From IMG/VR virus record IMGVR_UViG_3300042139_000023: a DNA stretch of 64,000 nt; one strand, written 5' to 3'. The DNA is from a virus. Its lineage: Duplodnaviria; Caudoviricetes. Positions 56,701 through 63,052 of the stretch are shown here, one piece after another. Both the position numbers and the translations under genes were made by a program. The notes below the pieces were generated by a model. It was given only the letters and a program-made list of their open reading frames with translations, did no database searches and was not told the DNA's origin. Positions within the stretch are counted from its first letter, which is position 1. The number at the start of each line of letters is the position of its first letter.

Positions 56701-57268
56701 GCCCGCAGGTCTGCTCCAGTATCCGCTGAGCACGGTCAACAATCCGACCTTCACCCCGGCCGATCACAACCTGATCACGTGGACGCAGGATCCGGCCACG
56801 GTCGCCGACGCTTTCCCCCTGAACACGGGCGTCGTGTACCTGTCCAAGGTGAAGATTGTGAACCGGTCGACCGTGGTCTCGAACGTCCTGTACGGCGTGA
56901 CCACGGCGGGAACGTCTCTGACCAGCGGCCAGAACTTCGTGGGCCTGTACAACTCCTCCGGAACCCGGCTCGCCGTCAGTGCCGATCAGACCACGAACTT
57001 CGGCTCGCAGGGCCTGAAGACGGCCGCCCTCACGGCCCCGCAGACGCTCGCCGTTGGGGACTACTATGTGGCCTTCCTCTCCGTCGGCACCGGCACGCAG
57101 CCGTCGGTGGCGGCTTCGGGCGGCGTCTCCAGCGCCATCAACGCGGGGCTGACCACCGCCACCTCCCGGTTCCTCACCTCCGGCACCGGGCAGACCGCAC
57201 TCCCGTCGAGCATCACCCTCAGCTCGGGTTCACAGAACACCGGCTCCCGCTGGGCCGCTCTCTCGTAG
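50747..57268 (+). CDS. Giant tail fibre/tailspike-like protein with three beta-helix modules
   Basis: N- and C-termini similar to the 47645 gene; collagen; VTSVNGETGAV and GVATLD..GKVP repeats; three DD..AI/IQ.AID caps. Confidence 0.82.
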   Translation: MALPTERTVTGTYVNPVNGEPYDGSDGSNYVIFEPVPSRWTDQEGNQILLGGGKVTLDENGHFSETLVCTDAAGVLPADGRMWRLRQFVGGDWEEGVFALPEGTGALDITDILSVDVCGVDYVPVPGPPGSPGTPGTPGAPGADGQDGESAYQVAVDNGFVGTEEEWLASLVGPAGPSGVDGGLDTGITSGGDISVNPDNPLAIDINPLSGRIVDYLTDPLTITPVESTSVITVELDSVAQTRDITWFVMDADLNVYQQENRPTPEDRRTFIVLGMAAQDNGSIFLAQSIPTISGNPVNQLYDLMDAIGAFGISGNDVSPNGANLMLNVGSGQVFSRGWNHFDGGSETNNPHITDTVGATPASWTNVLRDSDLEHVLSSTVVDVGNYDNNGSLVPVPNGEYVVHQLWMFPTNEGAEVHVLQYGQQTYASLDDAVSSAGKEAFATNPALPGNAINLGFLATSGSATDLSNSTQALFIKAGKFGSGPGGGAAVDLSGYAQLSGAEFTGTVSSLRAADDDIAQSSRTLVNTNDLWRRLTDGEMQWGSGSGPMDTFLKRLGVGLLALINSDLLIGQEDAKSYRLRQSGASLDLDASGADLFMSVFELVNFLGEQYTYLRLESGEFTAHASGKWLFGSGPDDTSVHTIDGLNNLLGFFGVTPVGKQTVSGERTTGGALQSLLDGLEALGLITDSSTAGEAVVETVNGESGPDVTLSAADVGAVDVTEKGVASGVATLGLDGKVPSGQLPTAPVTSVNTETGAVVLDAADVGAIDSDEKGANNGVATLDNTGKVPSAQLPAAPVTSVNGETGAVSLSAADVGALDQATADGLYMAQDSLWINGMDHGVVGDGTTDDAPAINAILASSPAGSVIALPPLTFATDEPIVVPPGKTLMTLRSDLMTVTDLYEPNAQIKPLATFTGAAAIRFLDATDGGYADISGEQRVLNVTLDGSNVAAGVDGIQAKGNVQNVALRDVTIRRFPNSGIYCGLQGGIAPYSWRMHRVMLDNNHAHGFFGERMVDLTAVDCQAIGNWSNGWMLQNAANSQMVGCRAEWNGNHGFYLSGNWGNGAGSGGMLMSGCSTDRNGFNGVYVDATGTPPIVISNLMTRRDGRNGGTGGGGYAGVATNGATTPLIIGDWTNFPGVDDGGASTNSPQYGGSFTDTAFVQIDNAYLHAATGGIFDAGDNGEVRLGSNITYAIGTTSAFTRGRVPSGEITVAAADSASADEADFICTGTDDHLVIQTAIDLVDGAPGKGRVRLLDGTFNLGATINWPSGVGLGLVGSGWGTVLKLAAGVDDNAITFSGDETRSTFSDFTIDGNHTNQTTGPSGGIWAMGAVECVFQRLHFTACKSMALVFSGQNNTAFGHNNVVTHCLFDNANTSTLEGGAIYLTSSDENFIVACDFQFLGGSGAAMGMIHDTAGTQTILGCNFVNGGNSRPAIRVQDASATKVIGCNFDGVAGDAIFLAAQNCVVEGNTIFGIGAVGTAGSYSGIHLEFAATGNLISGNSLTSHTTNGAARSLIREESVGDSGNNLIIGNMLITKGTLAVAALDINAPGTMARDNMGGGVKGDVAPALRTNAGAISDATFAPLVPSDGMQGVDTTNSRVYTRIGGTWKYTPAASRALAGAMYVAASDSSAADKAMADYVCDGTADEVQIQAAIDAVQATGGGVVLLSPGTFNVAATIEINGTIDEDNAKTVTLRGCGQQATYLNAASNVVAITISDWAQVHLDSFCIFIAGSGIGIKSIGVNDVGNNNTISFWHSSFRNLRINGAFNASYTTWGMELGMPWRSTFENIEVEGCRNGIKIINNSSVQNAGDCVFSRLFVEIVGTGGYALYFDSQANNMNQNIWHMFEAGANSTGCTGIYVGGAAPTASQRFYGLNLEQFQTGINVANGESNEFYCNYVTGDSGQAGNKMFVCASNSYNNLFQAKWVNVESSGTLQIIEDLNTTSAAPNIFERIRIENNTGGTVTYTKSSSTVFRDITTFNTGNAMPAGLLQYPLSTVNNPTFTPADHNLITWTQDPATVADAFPLNTGVVYLSKVKIVNRSTVVSNVLYGVTTAGTSLTSGQNFVGLYNSSGTRLAVSADQTTNFGSQGLKTAALTAPQTLAVGDYYVAFLSVGTGTQPSVAASGGVSSAINAGLTTATSRFLTSGTGQTALPSSITLSSGSQNTGSRWAALS

Positions 57269-57311
57269 AACGGCACGCACTGGGTAAACGTCCTGGAGAA
57301 GGGAGGCAGAC

Positions 57312-57392
57312 ATGACACTCGGAGGACTGATCTATCTCCTCGTCGCGATCCTGCTGATCCTGCTGATCCTGGCCGTCGTCGGGGTGATCTGA
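57312..57392 (+). CDS. 26-aa transmembrane micropeptide
   Basis: GAAGGGAGG RBS; MTLGGLIYLLVAILLILLILAVVGVI; followed by terminator. Confidence 0.6.
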   Translation: MTLGGLIYLLVAILLILLILAVVGVI

Positions 57393-57397
57393 CGAAA

Positions 57398-57438
57398 CAG
57401 GGCCCACCCGGGATACCGACGCTCCCAGGTGGGCCCTG
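57398..57438. terminator. Hairpin between convergent genes
   Basis: CAGGGCCCACC / GGTGGGCCCTG. Confidence 0.68.
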
Positions 57439-57454
57439 CTCGGGGGACATCCTC

Positions 57455-57805
57455 TCAGAATCCCCCGCCGCTGTCGCAGCCCGACGAGCCCGAGTCGTAC
57501 GAGCTGGAGGAGTGCGAGGACCCCGAGTCGTAGCTGCTGTGGCTGCTGCTGTGCGAGCTGCCCGAGTCGTACGAGTGGTGGGAGCCGCCGCCCGAGGAGT
57601 GCGAGGTGGATGAGGTGCCGCAGTCGTCGGACCGGGTGCTCGCCGGAGGGGTGTAGAACGTGGCGTACGAAACGGGGTCCGGCTCCGGGCGGTAGGTCGT
57701 CGCAGGCCGAGGGGCCGGGGTCGACGGGGTGCGCTTCGCGGTGGGGGCGGGGGCCGAGGCCGCCTTCTTTTCCGGCCGCTTCTTGAACGGGTTCTTGAAG
57801 TCCAT
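57455..57805 (-). CDS. Low-complexity Ser/Gly/His-rich protein
   Basis: SYDSGSSHS repeats at the C-terminus. Confidence 0.65.
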   Translation of the reverse strand: MDFKNPFKKRPEKKAASAPAPTAKRTPSTPAPRPATTYRPEPDPVSYATFYTPPASTRSDDCGTSSTSHSSGGGSHHSYDSGSSHSSSHSSYDSGSSHSSSSYDSGSSGCDSGGGF

Positions 57806-57955
57806 GCTGGCATCTTTCCCAACCCGGAAACGACTGTCACCACTCTTGAGGAAGTCCAGAGCTTTCCGGTTTTCCGGTGATCAGACGGAGGCTTCCTCTA
57901 CCGTGTACAGCAGACGGCCGACCTCTTCCCCCCGTGGAGGCGGCCGTCTGCCTTC

Positions 57956-58423
57956 TTACTCGGCCTTGCGCCAGAGCTTCGTGTAGCGCCTGAGCTTGCG
58001 CCGGGCGCTGCTCCACCCCATCGGCCCCTGCGGTTCATCCATCGCCAGGTAGAGCCGTGGCGCCGCCTTTGACGCACCTTCTTCCGTGACGTCCTTCAGC
58101 AGACCCTCGGCCAGCAGGCAGTCCAGTGCCTCCCTGGCCCGCGTCCTGGACGTGGGCTTCTTGTTGATTCCCGGCAGCAGCCAGCAGACCTCGTCGAGAG
58201 TCAGTGGCGGTATGCCGGGCCCGTTCTCGAACTGCATCGAGCGCAGGACACACCACAGCCGGAACGCCGTCGGGTTCACCCGGTCGCAGAGCATCACCCA
58301 GTCGGGCACCTGCGTGAACGACAGCCGCTTCCCCGCCTCCGGCAGGTCCAGGAACGGCGCCAGCACGTCAGGGCGCTGCCTCTGCTTCGCCTTCCGCTGG
58401 GATCCGAGCGCTGCTCTCCTCAT
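57956..58423 (-). CDS. Rep-type wHTH protein
   Basis: SFTQVPDWVMLCDRVNPTAFRLWCVL...SRTRAREALDCLLAEGLL. Confidence 0.72.
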   Translation of the reverse strand: MRRAALGSQRKAKQRQRPDVLAPFLDLPEAGKRLSFTQVPDWVMLCDRVNPTAFRLWCVLRSMQFENGPGIPPLTLDEVCWLLPGINKKPTSRTRAREALDCLLAEGLLKDVTEEGASKAAPRLYLAMDEPQGPMGWSSARRKLRRYTKLWRKAE

Positions 58424-58470
58424 CTCACCTCCTCGTCTACGCAGGTCAAGTGTACCTTCATTGCCCGGAC

Positions 58471-58499
58471 TTGACGGCCTGGGCCACTTCTGGAAGAGT
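58471..58499 (+). promoter_or_regulatory. Promoter TTGACG-N17-AAGAGT overlapped by operator CGGCC-TG-GGCCA (58475-58486)
   Basis: Divergent intergenic region. Confidence 0.62.
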
Positions 58500-58544
58500 A
58501 TGACTCACCGCCGGACAGGGCGGTCTCGGAAAGGGGACTGAAGC

Positions 58545-58811
58545 GTGAGCAACGGCCGAAACAACAACAAGAAGCGCTCCAAGCTGAGCGGATTCGACAA
58601 GGCGGCGCAGGCTCTCACCACGGGACTCTCCCCCGAGGCCGCCCAGAACTTCACCTCCATGGTGAAGGACGTGGCGACGGAGTACAGCTACAACGACTCC
58701 ACCATGATCCGGCGCTTGAGGAGCCGTCTCAACCAGGCGGCCCGGTCGAAGAACTCCTGGGCCCACGAGGTGCTGGAGAAGCTGAAGCAGGCCGAGGGGG
58801 TGACGGCCTGA
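58545..58811 (+). CDS. Hypothetical protein
   Basis: AAGGGG RBS. Confidence 0.65.
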   Translation: MSNGRNNNKKRSKLSGFDKAAQALTTGLSPEAAQNFTSMVKDVATEYSYNDSTMIRRLRSRLNQAARSKNSWAHEVLEKLKQAEGVTA

Positions 58812-58812
58812 C

Positions 58813-58893
58813 ATGAACCCCAACCCGTGCCCCCAGTGCGGAGCCAAGAACGGATCTGGCTGCGGCCATGGCCTCGGCGGAAACCAGGGCTGA
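58813..58893 (+). CDS. 26-aa Cys-rich micropeptide
   Basis: MNPNPCPQCGAKNGSGCGHGLGGNQG, starts 1 nt after previous stop. Confidence 0.45.
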   Translation: MNPNPCPQCGAKNGSGCGHGLGGNQG

Positions 58894-59012
58894 TCGCACA
58901 CGGGGCACACCACATGGACTCGGATGCGCGCGACGCTCCGAGTCCATGTGCGTCAGGGGTTCTTTTCAGGTCGAATCCACTAGGGAAACGTGACAGGAAA
59001 ACGGAGAGGAAC

Positions 59013-59132
59013 GTGAAGAAGCTGAAGAGCTGGATCCTGCTCTCGGTTGCCGGAGTGCTCGCCGTACTGGTCGGCAACCGCCTGGAGGAGGCCGTGGTCC
59101 TCGACCACGACAACATGGGCGGCTCCCGGTGA
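59013..59132 (+). CDS. 39-aa membrane/secreted peptide
   Basis: GGAGAGGA RBS; MKKLKSWILLSVAGVLAVLVG. Confidence 0.55.
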   Translation: MKKLKSWILLSVAGVLAVLVGNRLEEAVVLDHDNMGGSR

Positions 59133-59530
59133 CCCCTGGGTTCGAGGTGGTCGACGTCGAGGTCTCCATCGGGGTTCCTTCGGACGCTGACCTGCTCGGC
59201 GTCTACCTGCATCACCCGAACGTGGACGGCCGGGTCGAGGCGGAGACGAAGGGGCACGCGGCCGGAGCGGAGTACACGACCTACCCGATCGGGCCCATGC
59301 CGCCGGTCCTGGAGCGCGCCTACGTCGAGATCAAGGGCGTGAACATGTACATCGCGCTCGGGTCGTTGTACGTGATCGCCCCTCTGCTGACCAAGCGCGA
59401 GGAGGTCGCGCACCTGAAGCACGCCGTCGTCTACTTCGCGACCGAGCCGTTCCGCGAGATGACGCCGGAGGAGAAGGTCTGGCTGGCGGCGCGGATGCCG
59501 CTGGTCATTTCCGAGGAGAAGGAGAACTGA
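59129..59530 (+). CDS. Hypothetical protein
   Basis: GTGA coupling. Confidence 0.68.
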   Translation: MTPGFEVVDVEVSIGVPSDADLLGVYLHHPNVDGRVEAETKGHAAGAEYTTYPIGPMPPVLERAYVEIKGVNMYIALGSLYVIAPLLTKREEVAHLKHAVVYFATEPFREMTPEEKVWLAARMPLVISEEKEN

Positions 59531-59739
59531 TGTCGAGCCGTGACCAGCGTCTCGCCGCAACGAAGTACGCGGGCAAGAAGTCCGCTTCGCAGGAGGCCCG
59601 AGAGAAGACCTCCCGCAAGGCCCCGGCGGTCGCCGAGGACCCCATGGAGGGCATGCGCCGCGCCCTGGCGCAGCCGCGTACCCAGGAGTCCGTCGACCGC
59701 GCTCGCGCGCACCAGCGCAACCTTCCGCCGCTCGGCTGA
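59530..59739 (+). CDS. Small basic hypothetical protein
   Basis: TGATG coupling. Confidence 0.65.
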   Translation: MSSRDQRLAATKYAGKKSASQEAREKTSRKAPAVAEDPMEGMRRALAQPRTQESVDRARAHQRNLPPLG

Positions 59740-59758
59740 GTCGAGTACGCGGAACCTC

Positions 59759-59790
59759 GAAGGGGGCCCGGTTCCTACCGGGTCCCCTTC
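59759..59790 (+). terminator. Hairpin terminator
   Basis: GAAGGGG.CCCGGT / ACCGGG.CCCCTTC. Confidence 0.62.
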
Positions 59791-59952
59791 GTCGTGGCCG
59801 GATTGTTTCCCTCGTTGGTGCAAACATGAACAGTCCTCCGTCGTACCCTTGTTCTCCCCAGCAACGGACACTCTCTGGCCAACCGCACCCTTTTAGCCAA
59901 CTTGAATCTCAAAGGGTGCTACGATAGGTACAGTTGAGGAAAGGAGCCCAAC

Positions 59953-60312
59953 GTGGCAAACGTCGAGCAGAAGCCCGGCAACCTGAACAAGATGCTCCTC
60001 GCGGAGGCGCTGGCCGATCGGATGGGTCTGGCGCGATCCGTCGCCCAGGAGGCTGTCGAAAACGTCTTCGACATCTGCGCCCGTACCGTGGCCCAGGGTT
60101 TCACCGTTTCCATCACGAACTTCGGCAGCTTCGCGCTGGTGGAGAAGAAGGAGCGGATGGCCCGGAACCCGCACAACGGCGAGCGCGTGCGCGTCGCCGC
60201 CCGCAAGGCCGTCAAGGTCAGCGTTTCGCCTCGCTGGAACGACTTCGCCAACTCGGCACACCCGGAGAACACCACGATCCGGAAGCAGGCGAAGGGCCCG
60301 TCTCAGCAGTAG
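59953..60312 (+). CDS. hup: HU/IHF-family DNA-binding protein
   Basis: LNKMLLAEALADRMGL...TVSITNFGSF...ERMARNPHNGERVRVAARK. Confidence 0.92.
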   Translation: MANVEQKPGNLNKMLLAEALADRMGLARSVAQEAVENVFDICARTVAQGFTVSITNFGSFALVEKKERMARNPHNGERVRVAARKAVKVSVSPRWNDFANSAHPENTTIRKQAKGPSQQ

Positions 60313-60324
60313 TGGCTCAGGCCA
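60313..60324. promoter_or_regulatory. Operator TGGCT-CA-GGCCA
   Basis: Immediately after the hup stop, upstream of a TACGCT -10-like box. Confidence 0.55.
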
Positions 60325-60409
60325 AATCGTGATACGCTGTTACCGACGAACAGCGAGCACGCACAGTAAAGTTCGCAGAACGAAGCAGGACATCGGAGAG
60401 GAATAGAAC

Positions 60410-60904
60410 GTGTCTCTGACCACCGCAGTGCGGTCCATCTTCCGCAACGCATCCAAGGACTTCCCCGGCGCCAGCGAAGCCGACATCGCCGTCTACGCGA
60501 AGCTCGTCTTCGAGGCCGCCGCGACCAACCTGAAGAGCACCTACAAGGACGCCGAGGCCATCGCCTCCGCGAACGCCGAGCTGGCCGAGGCCGCCGAGCG
60601 CGGCGAGTCGTGGGCCGTGAACCTGCGCGACTCCGTCCTGGTGAACGTCGTCAAGCCGATCGTCGACAAGGCCACCGAGAAGGGCGTGGACCCCGTCCCG
60701 GCCCTCGTGCTCCAGGCCGACGTCACCGAGGAGCAGGCCCGCGAGTACGTCGCCGCCCTGGAGAACCGCTCCACCGACGCGGACTCCGCCGTCGACACCG
60801 ACGAGGACGAGGGCGGCGAGTCGTCCGACTCGGACGACTCGGACGAGGGCGACTCCACCGCCTCCGTCAGCTACGGCTACGGCAACCCCGTCGCCTCGGC
60901 CTGA
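60410..60904 (+). CDS. Hypothetical protein with acidic tail
   Basis: GGAGAGGA RBS, strong codon bias. Confidence 0.75.
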   Translation: MSLTTAVRSIFRNASKDFPGASEADIAVYAKLVFEAAATNLKSTYKDAEAIASANAELAEAAERGESWAVNLRDSVLVNVVKPIVDKATEKGVDPVPALVLQADVTEEQAREYVAALENRSTDADSAVDTDEDEGGESSDSDDSDEGDSTASVSYGYGNPVASA

Positions 60905-60922
60905 CCGAGCAGCACACCCCGA

Positions 60923-60959
60923 GAAGGCCGGACCTGGCGATCGACCAGGTCCGGCCTTC
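60923..60959 (+). terminator. Hairpin terminator
   Basis: 15-bp inverted repeat GAAGGCCGGACCTGG / CCAGGTCCGGCCTTC. Confidence 0.72.
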
Positions 60960-60987
60960 GCCGTTGAAGGAGAGGAAGAAGGAAACG

Positions 60988-61305
60988 ATGGGTCTCTACT
61001 ACGCCGTTCCCGTGCGGCGCGAGAGCAGGACGCTGACGTACAACCCGCTCGACGGTCACTGCGCTCTGGCCATCACGCCGATGGACGCCGTGATCCAGCT
61101 CGGCATGCCCAAGGCGGGCACGATGATCGCCGTGTGGCCGCTCACCCGGAAGGTCACCCTGGAGGAGGCCGGGCAGGCGTGCTCGCTCATGGCGCCGCTC
61201 AGGATCTTCATCATCGTCGACCAGGAGGAGGGCGTGATGTTCCCGCTCGGCCTGGACCCGGCGCTCGACGCGGTCATGGAGGTGCCCCATGCTGGTCGCG
61301 ACTGA
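60988..61305 (+). CDS. Hypothetical protein
   Basis: GAAGGA RBS; overlaps the FtsK-like gene start. Confidence 0.65.
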   Translation: MGLYYAVPVRRESRTLTYNPLDGHCALAITPMDAVIQLGMPKAGTMIAVWPLTRKVTLEEAGQACSLMAPLRIFIIVDQEEGVMFPLGLDPALDAVMEVPHAGRD

Positions 61306-62590
61306 GGAGGAACTGCGCCTCCTGGACCTCCTCACGCCCGAGTACTGGGACCCCCAGGCCAAGGCGCGGGGTCTGCGCGGCGTGAATCTGGACTCCGCCA
61401 AGCTGACCGAGTCCGGGGTCGTCGCCGTCCTCAAGCTCGACGGACGCGACATGATCAAGGAGCTGCGGGCTAAGCACCAGGCCATACGCGCCATGCTTGA
61501 CGTGCTCGACGAGCACCTGAGCGACCTCTCCCCCGGCGGCCGGTCCTCGAAGGTGCTGTTCGCGGTGCGCACCCGGTACATCACCGACGAGCTGGACATG
61601 TTCTGGCACCCCGACATCACCACGCTCGGCCTCGACACCGTCACGGGCGAAGAGGTCGACGTTCCGCGCAACGAGCGCCTGCTGGTCGGCGGCGCCTCGG
61701 GATCCGGCAAGAGCTGGTCCACGCGTGCCCTGATGGCCCGCGCCGTCGTCCACCCCGACGAGGAGCTGGGCGGATTCATCGACGGGAAGGGGGAAGAGGC
61801 CACGGTCTGGCGCGGCATCTGCACCTGTGCCGTGACCCACGAAGAGATCATCGAGATGATCGAGCGCGAGCACGCCCGGATGGAGGACCGGGCCGCCCAG
61901 ATGGCCAAGCTCGGGATCTCGAAGTGGGACCTGAAGCTCGGCCCGCGCAGGCTCATCCCGATCGACGAGGGCTACTCCGTCCTCCAGGCTGTGATCGACG
62001 AGGACAAGAGGCGCGGCAAGGCGCCGAAGGGTGACGAGGAGTACGCCTTCCTCGAAGGCCCCGACAAGTCCGTGATGCAGAAGCTCACCGAGCTGTCCAG
62101 CCAGGGCCGCTCGCGCGAGATCATCATCATGTGGATGACCCAGAACCCGCTCCGCTCGGGCGACGACCGGGGCATCACCTCGGGCATCCGCACGAACTTC
62201 GACTTCTCGCTCTGCCTTCGCGTCAACACCCCGCAGAACACCGACACGGTGCTCGGTCCCGGGGCGGGCGTGGAGCCGCACTTCCTCCCGCGCGGCCCGC
62301 GCTTCCGAGGGCACGGCTACCTGAACGTGCACGGCCCCAACCTCGTGCGCACCTGGACCGTCACGGACGAGATGGTGGCCCTCCTGGCGCACCCGGACCA
62401 CGGCCGTGGCAAGTACCCCCGCGATGTCGCTCTGCGGGCGCTGCGCGGCCAGCCGCAGGCCGTCTGGACCCCCGCTCTCCTCGCGACCCACACGGGCTGC
62501 GGCGTGACGCAGGCCAGCCGTTTCCTCCGGTCGTTCACCCGTGAGGGTCTGATCGTCGCGGACGGGGAGAACTTCCGGTTGGCGGTCTGA
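61289..62590 (+). CDS. FtsK/SpoIIIE (TraB-like) ATPase with C-terminal wHTH
   Basis: LLVGGASGSGKSW Walker A, FIDGKG, IPIDEGY Walker B, WMTQNP, IRTNFDFSLCLRV. Confidence 0.85.
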   Translation: MLVATEEELRLLDLLTPEYWDPQAKARGLRGVNLDSAKLTESGVVAVLKLDGRDMIKELRAKHQAIRAMLDVLDEHLSDLSPGGRSSKVLFAVRTRYITDELDMFWHPDITTLGLDTVTGEEVDVPRNERLLVGGASGSGKSWSTRALMARAVVHPDEELGGFIDGKGEEATVWRGICTCAVTHEEIIEMIEREHARMEDRAAQMAKLGISKWDLKLGPRRLIPIDEGYSVLQAVIDEDKRRGKAPKGDEEYAFLEGPDKSVMQKLTELSSQGRSREIIIMWMTQNPLRSGDDRGITSGIRTNFDFSLCLRVNTPQNTDTVLGPGAGVEPHFLPRGPRFRGHGYLNVHGPNLVRTWTVTDEMVALLAHPDHGRGKYPRDVALRALRGQPQAVWTPALLATHTGCGVTQASRFLRSFTREGLIVADGENFRLAV

Positions 62591-62600
62591 CCTGGATCGG

Positions 62601-62630
62601 TTGACCTAGGCCAGCAACACCCGGTAGAGT
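62601..62630 (+). promoter_or_regulatory. HrdB-type promoter TTGACC-N18-TAGAGT overlapped by operator TGACC-TA-GGCCA
   Basis: Near-consensus boxes; drives the second RNA island. Confidence 0.72.
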
Positions 62631-62741
62631 TTCACTTAGTTCGGGAATCCGACACCCGAGCGAAACGCTCCGAACCGGTTACGGCCCGGCTCGGCGCACC
62701 GATCCACCGGAGGCGGTCCGACACGCTTCCGGATGGATCAC

Positions 62742-62815
62742 TGGCGGGTAGCTCAGTTGGTCAGAGCATCGGACTGATAATCCGAAGGTCGAGAGTTCAA
62801 GTCTCTCCCCGCCAA
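62742..62815 (+). tRNA. trnI: tRNA-Ile(GAT)
   Basis: Cloverleaf TGGCGGG/CCCGCCA, loop CT-GAT-AA. Confidence 0.93.
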
Positions 62816-62968
62816 CTGGACCTGAATTACAGGTCCGCATTACCCCCGCTCTCGGCTGTAGAAAGCTGGTGGCGGGGTGACGTACCACTGAGGATTCCGT
62901 TGGGGAGGCACCCCGGGTGGCACCCGGGCCACGGAGTCCGCTGCTCGGCGATTGGCAGGTCGCCGAGC

Positions 62969-63052
62969 GCCCACGTTGTGTAGCGGTCTAGCACATCGCC
63001 CCACTGGTAATTCCAGCGGGCGGAGGCGCCGGTTCAAATCCGGTCGTGGGCT
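62969..63052 (+). ncRNA. tRNA-Glu-like RNA with extended anticodon arm
   Basis: GCCCACG/CGTGGGC acceptor, Glu-type D arm TTGTGTAGCGGTCTAGCAC, T-arm; 18-nt CCACTGGTAATTCCAGCG in place of the 7-nt loop. Confidence 0.72.

Noticed and set aside
50714-56767. 2017-aa minus-strand ORF (and 47624..50689, 1021 aa)
   Set aside because: Antisense shadows of the fibre genes; GC3-biased genes leave the opposite frame stop-free, and the translations have no recognisable motifs
57455-57805. SYDSGSS repeats as a DNA repeat element
   Set aside because: Explained by a low-complexity protein tail common in phage proteins
62591-62741. TraB recognition (clt) 8-mer direct repeats near the FtsK-like gene
   Set aside because: Only hairpins are seen; no evident tandem 8-mer series
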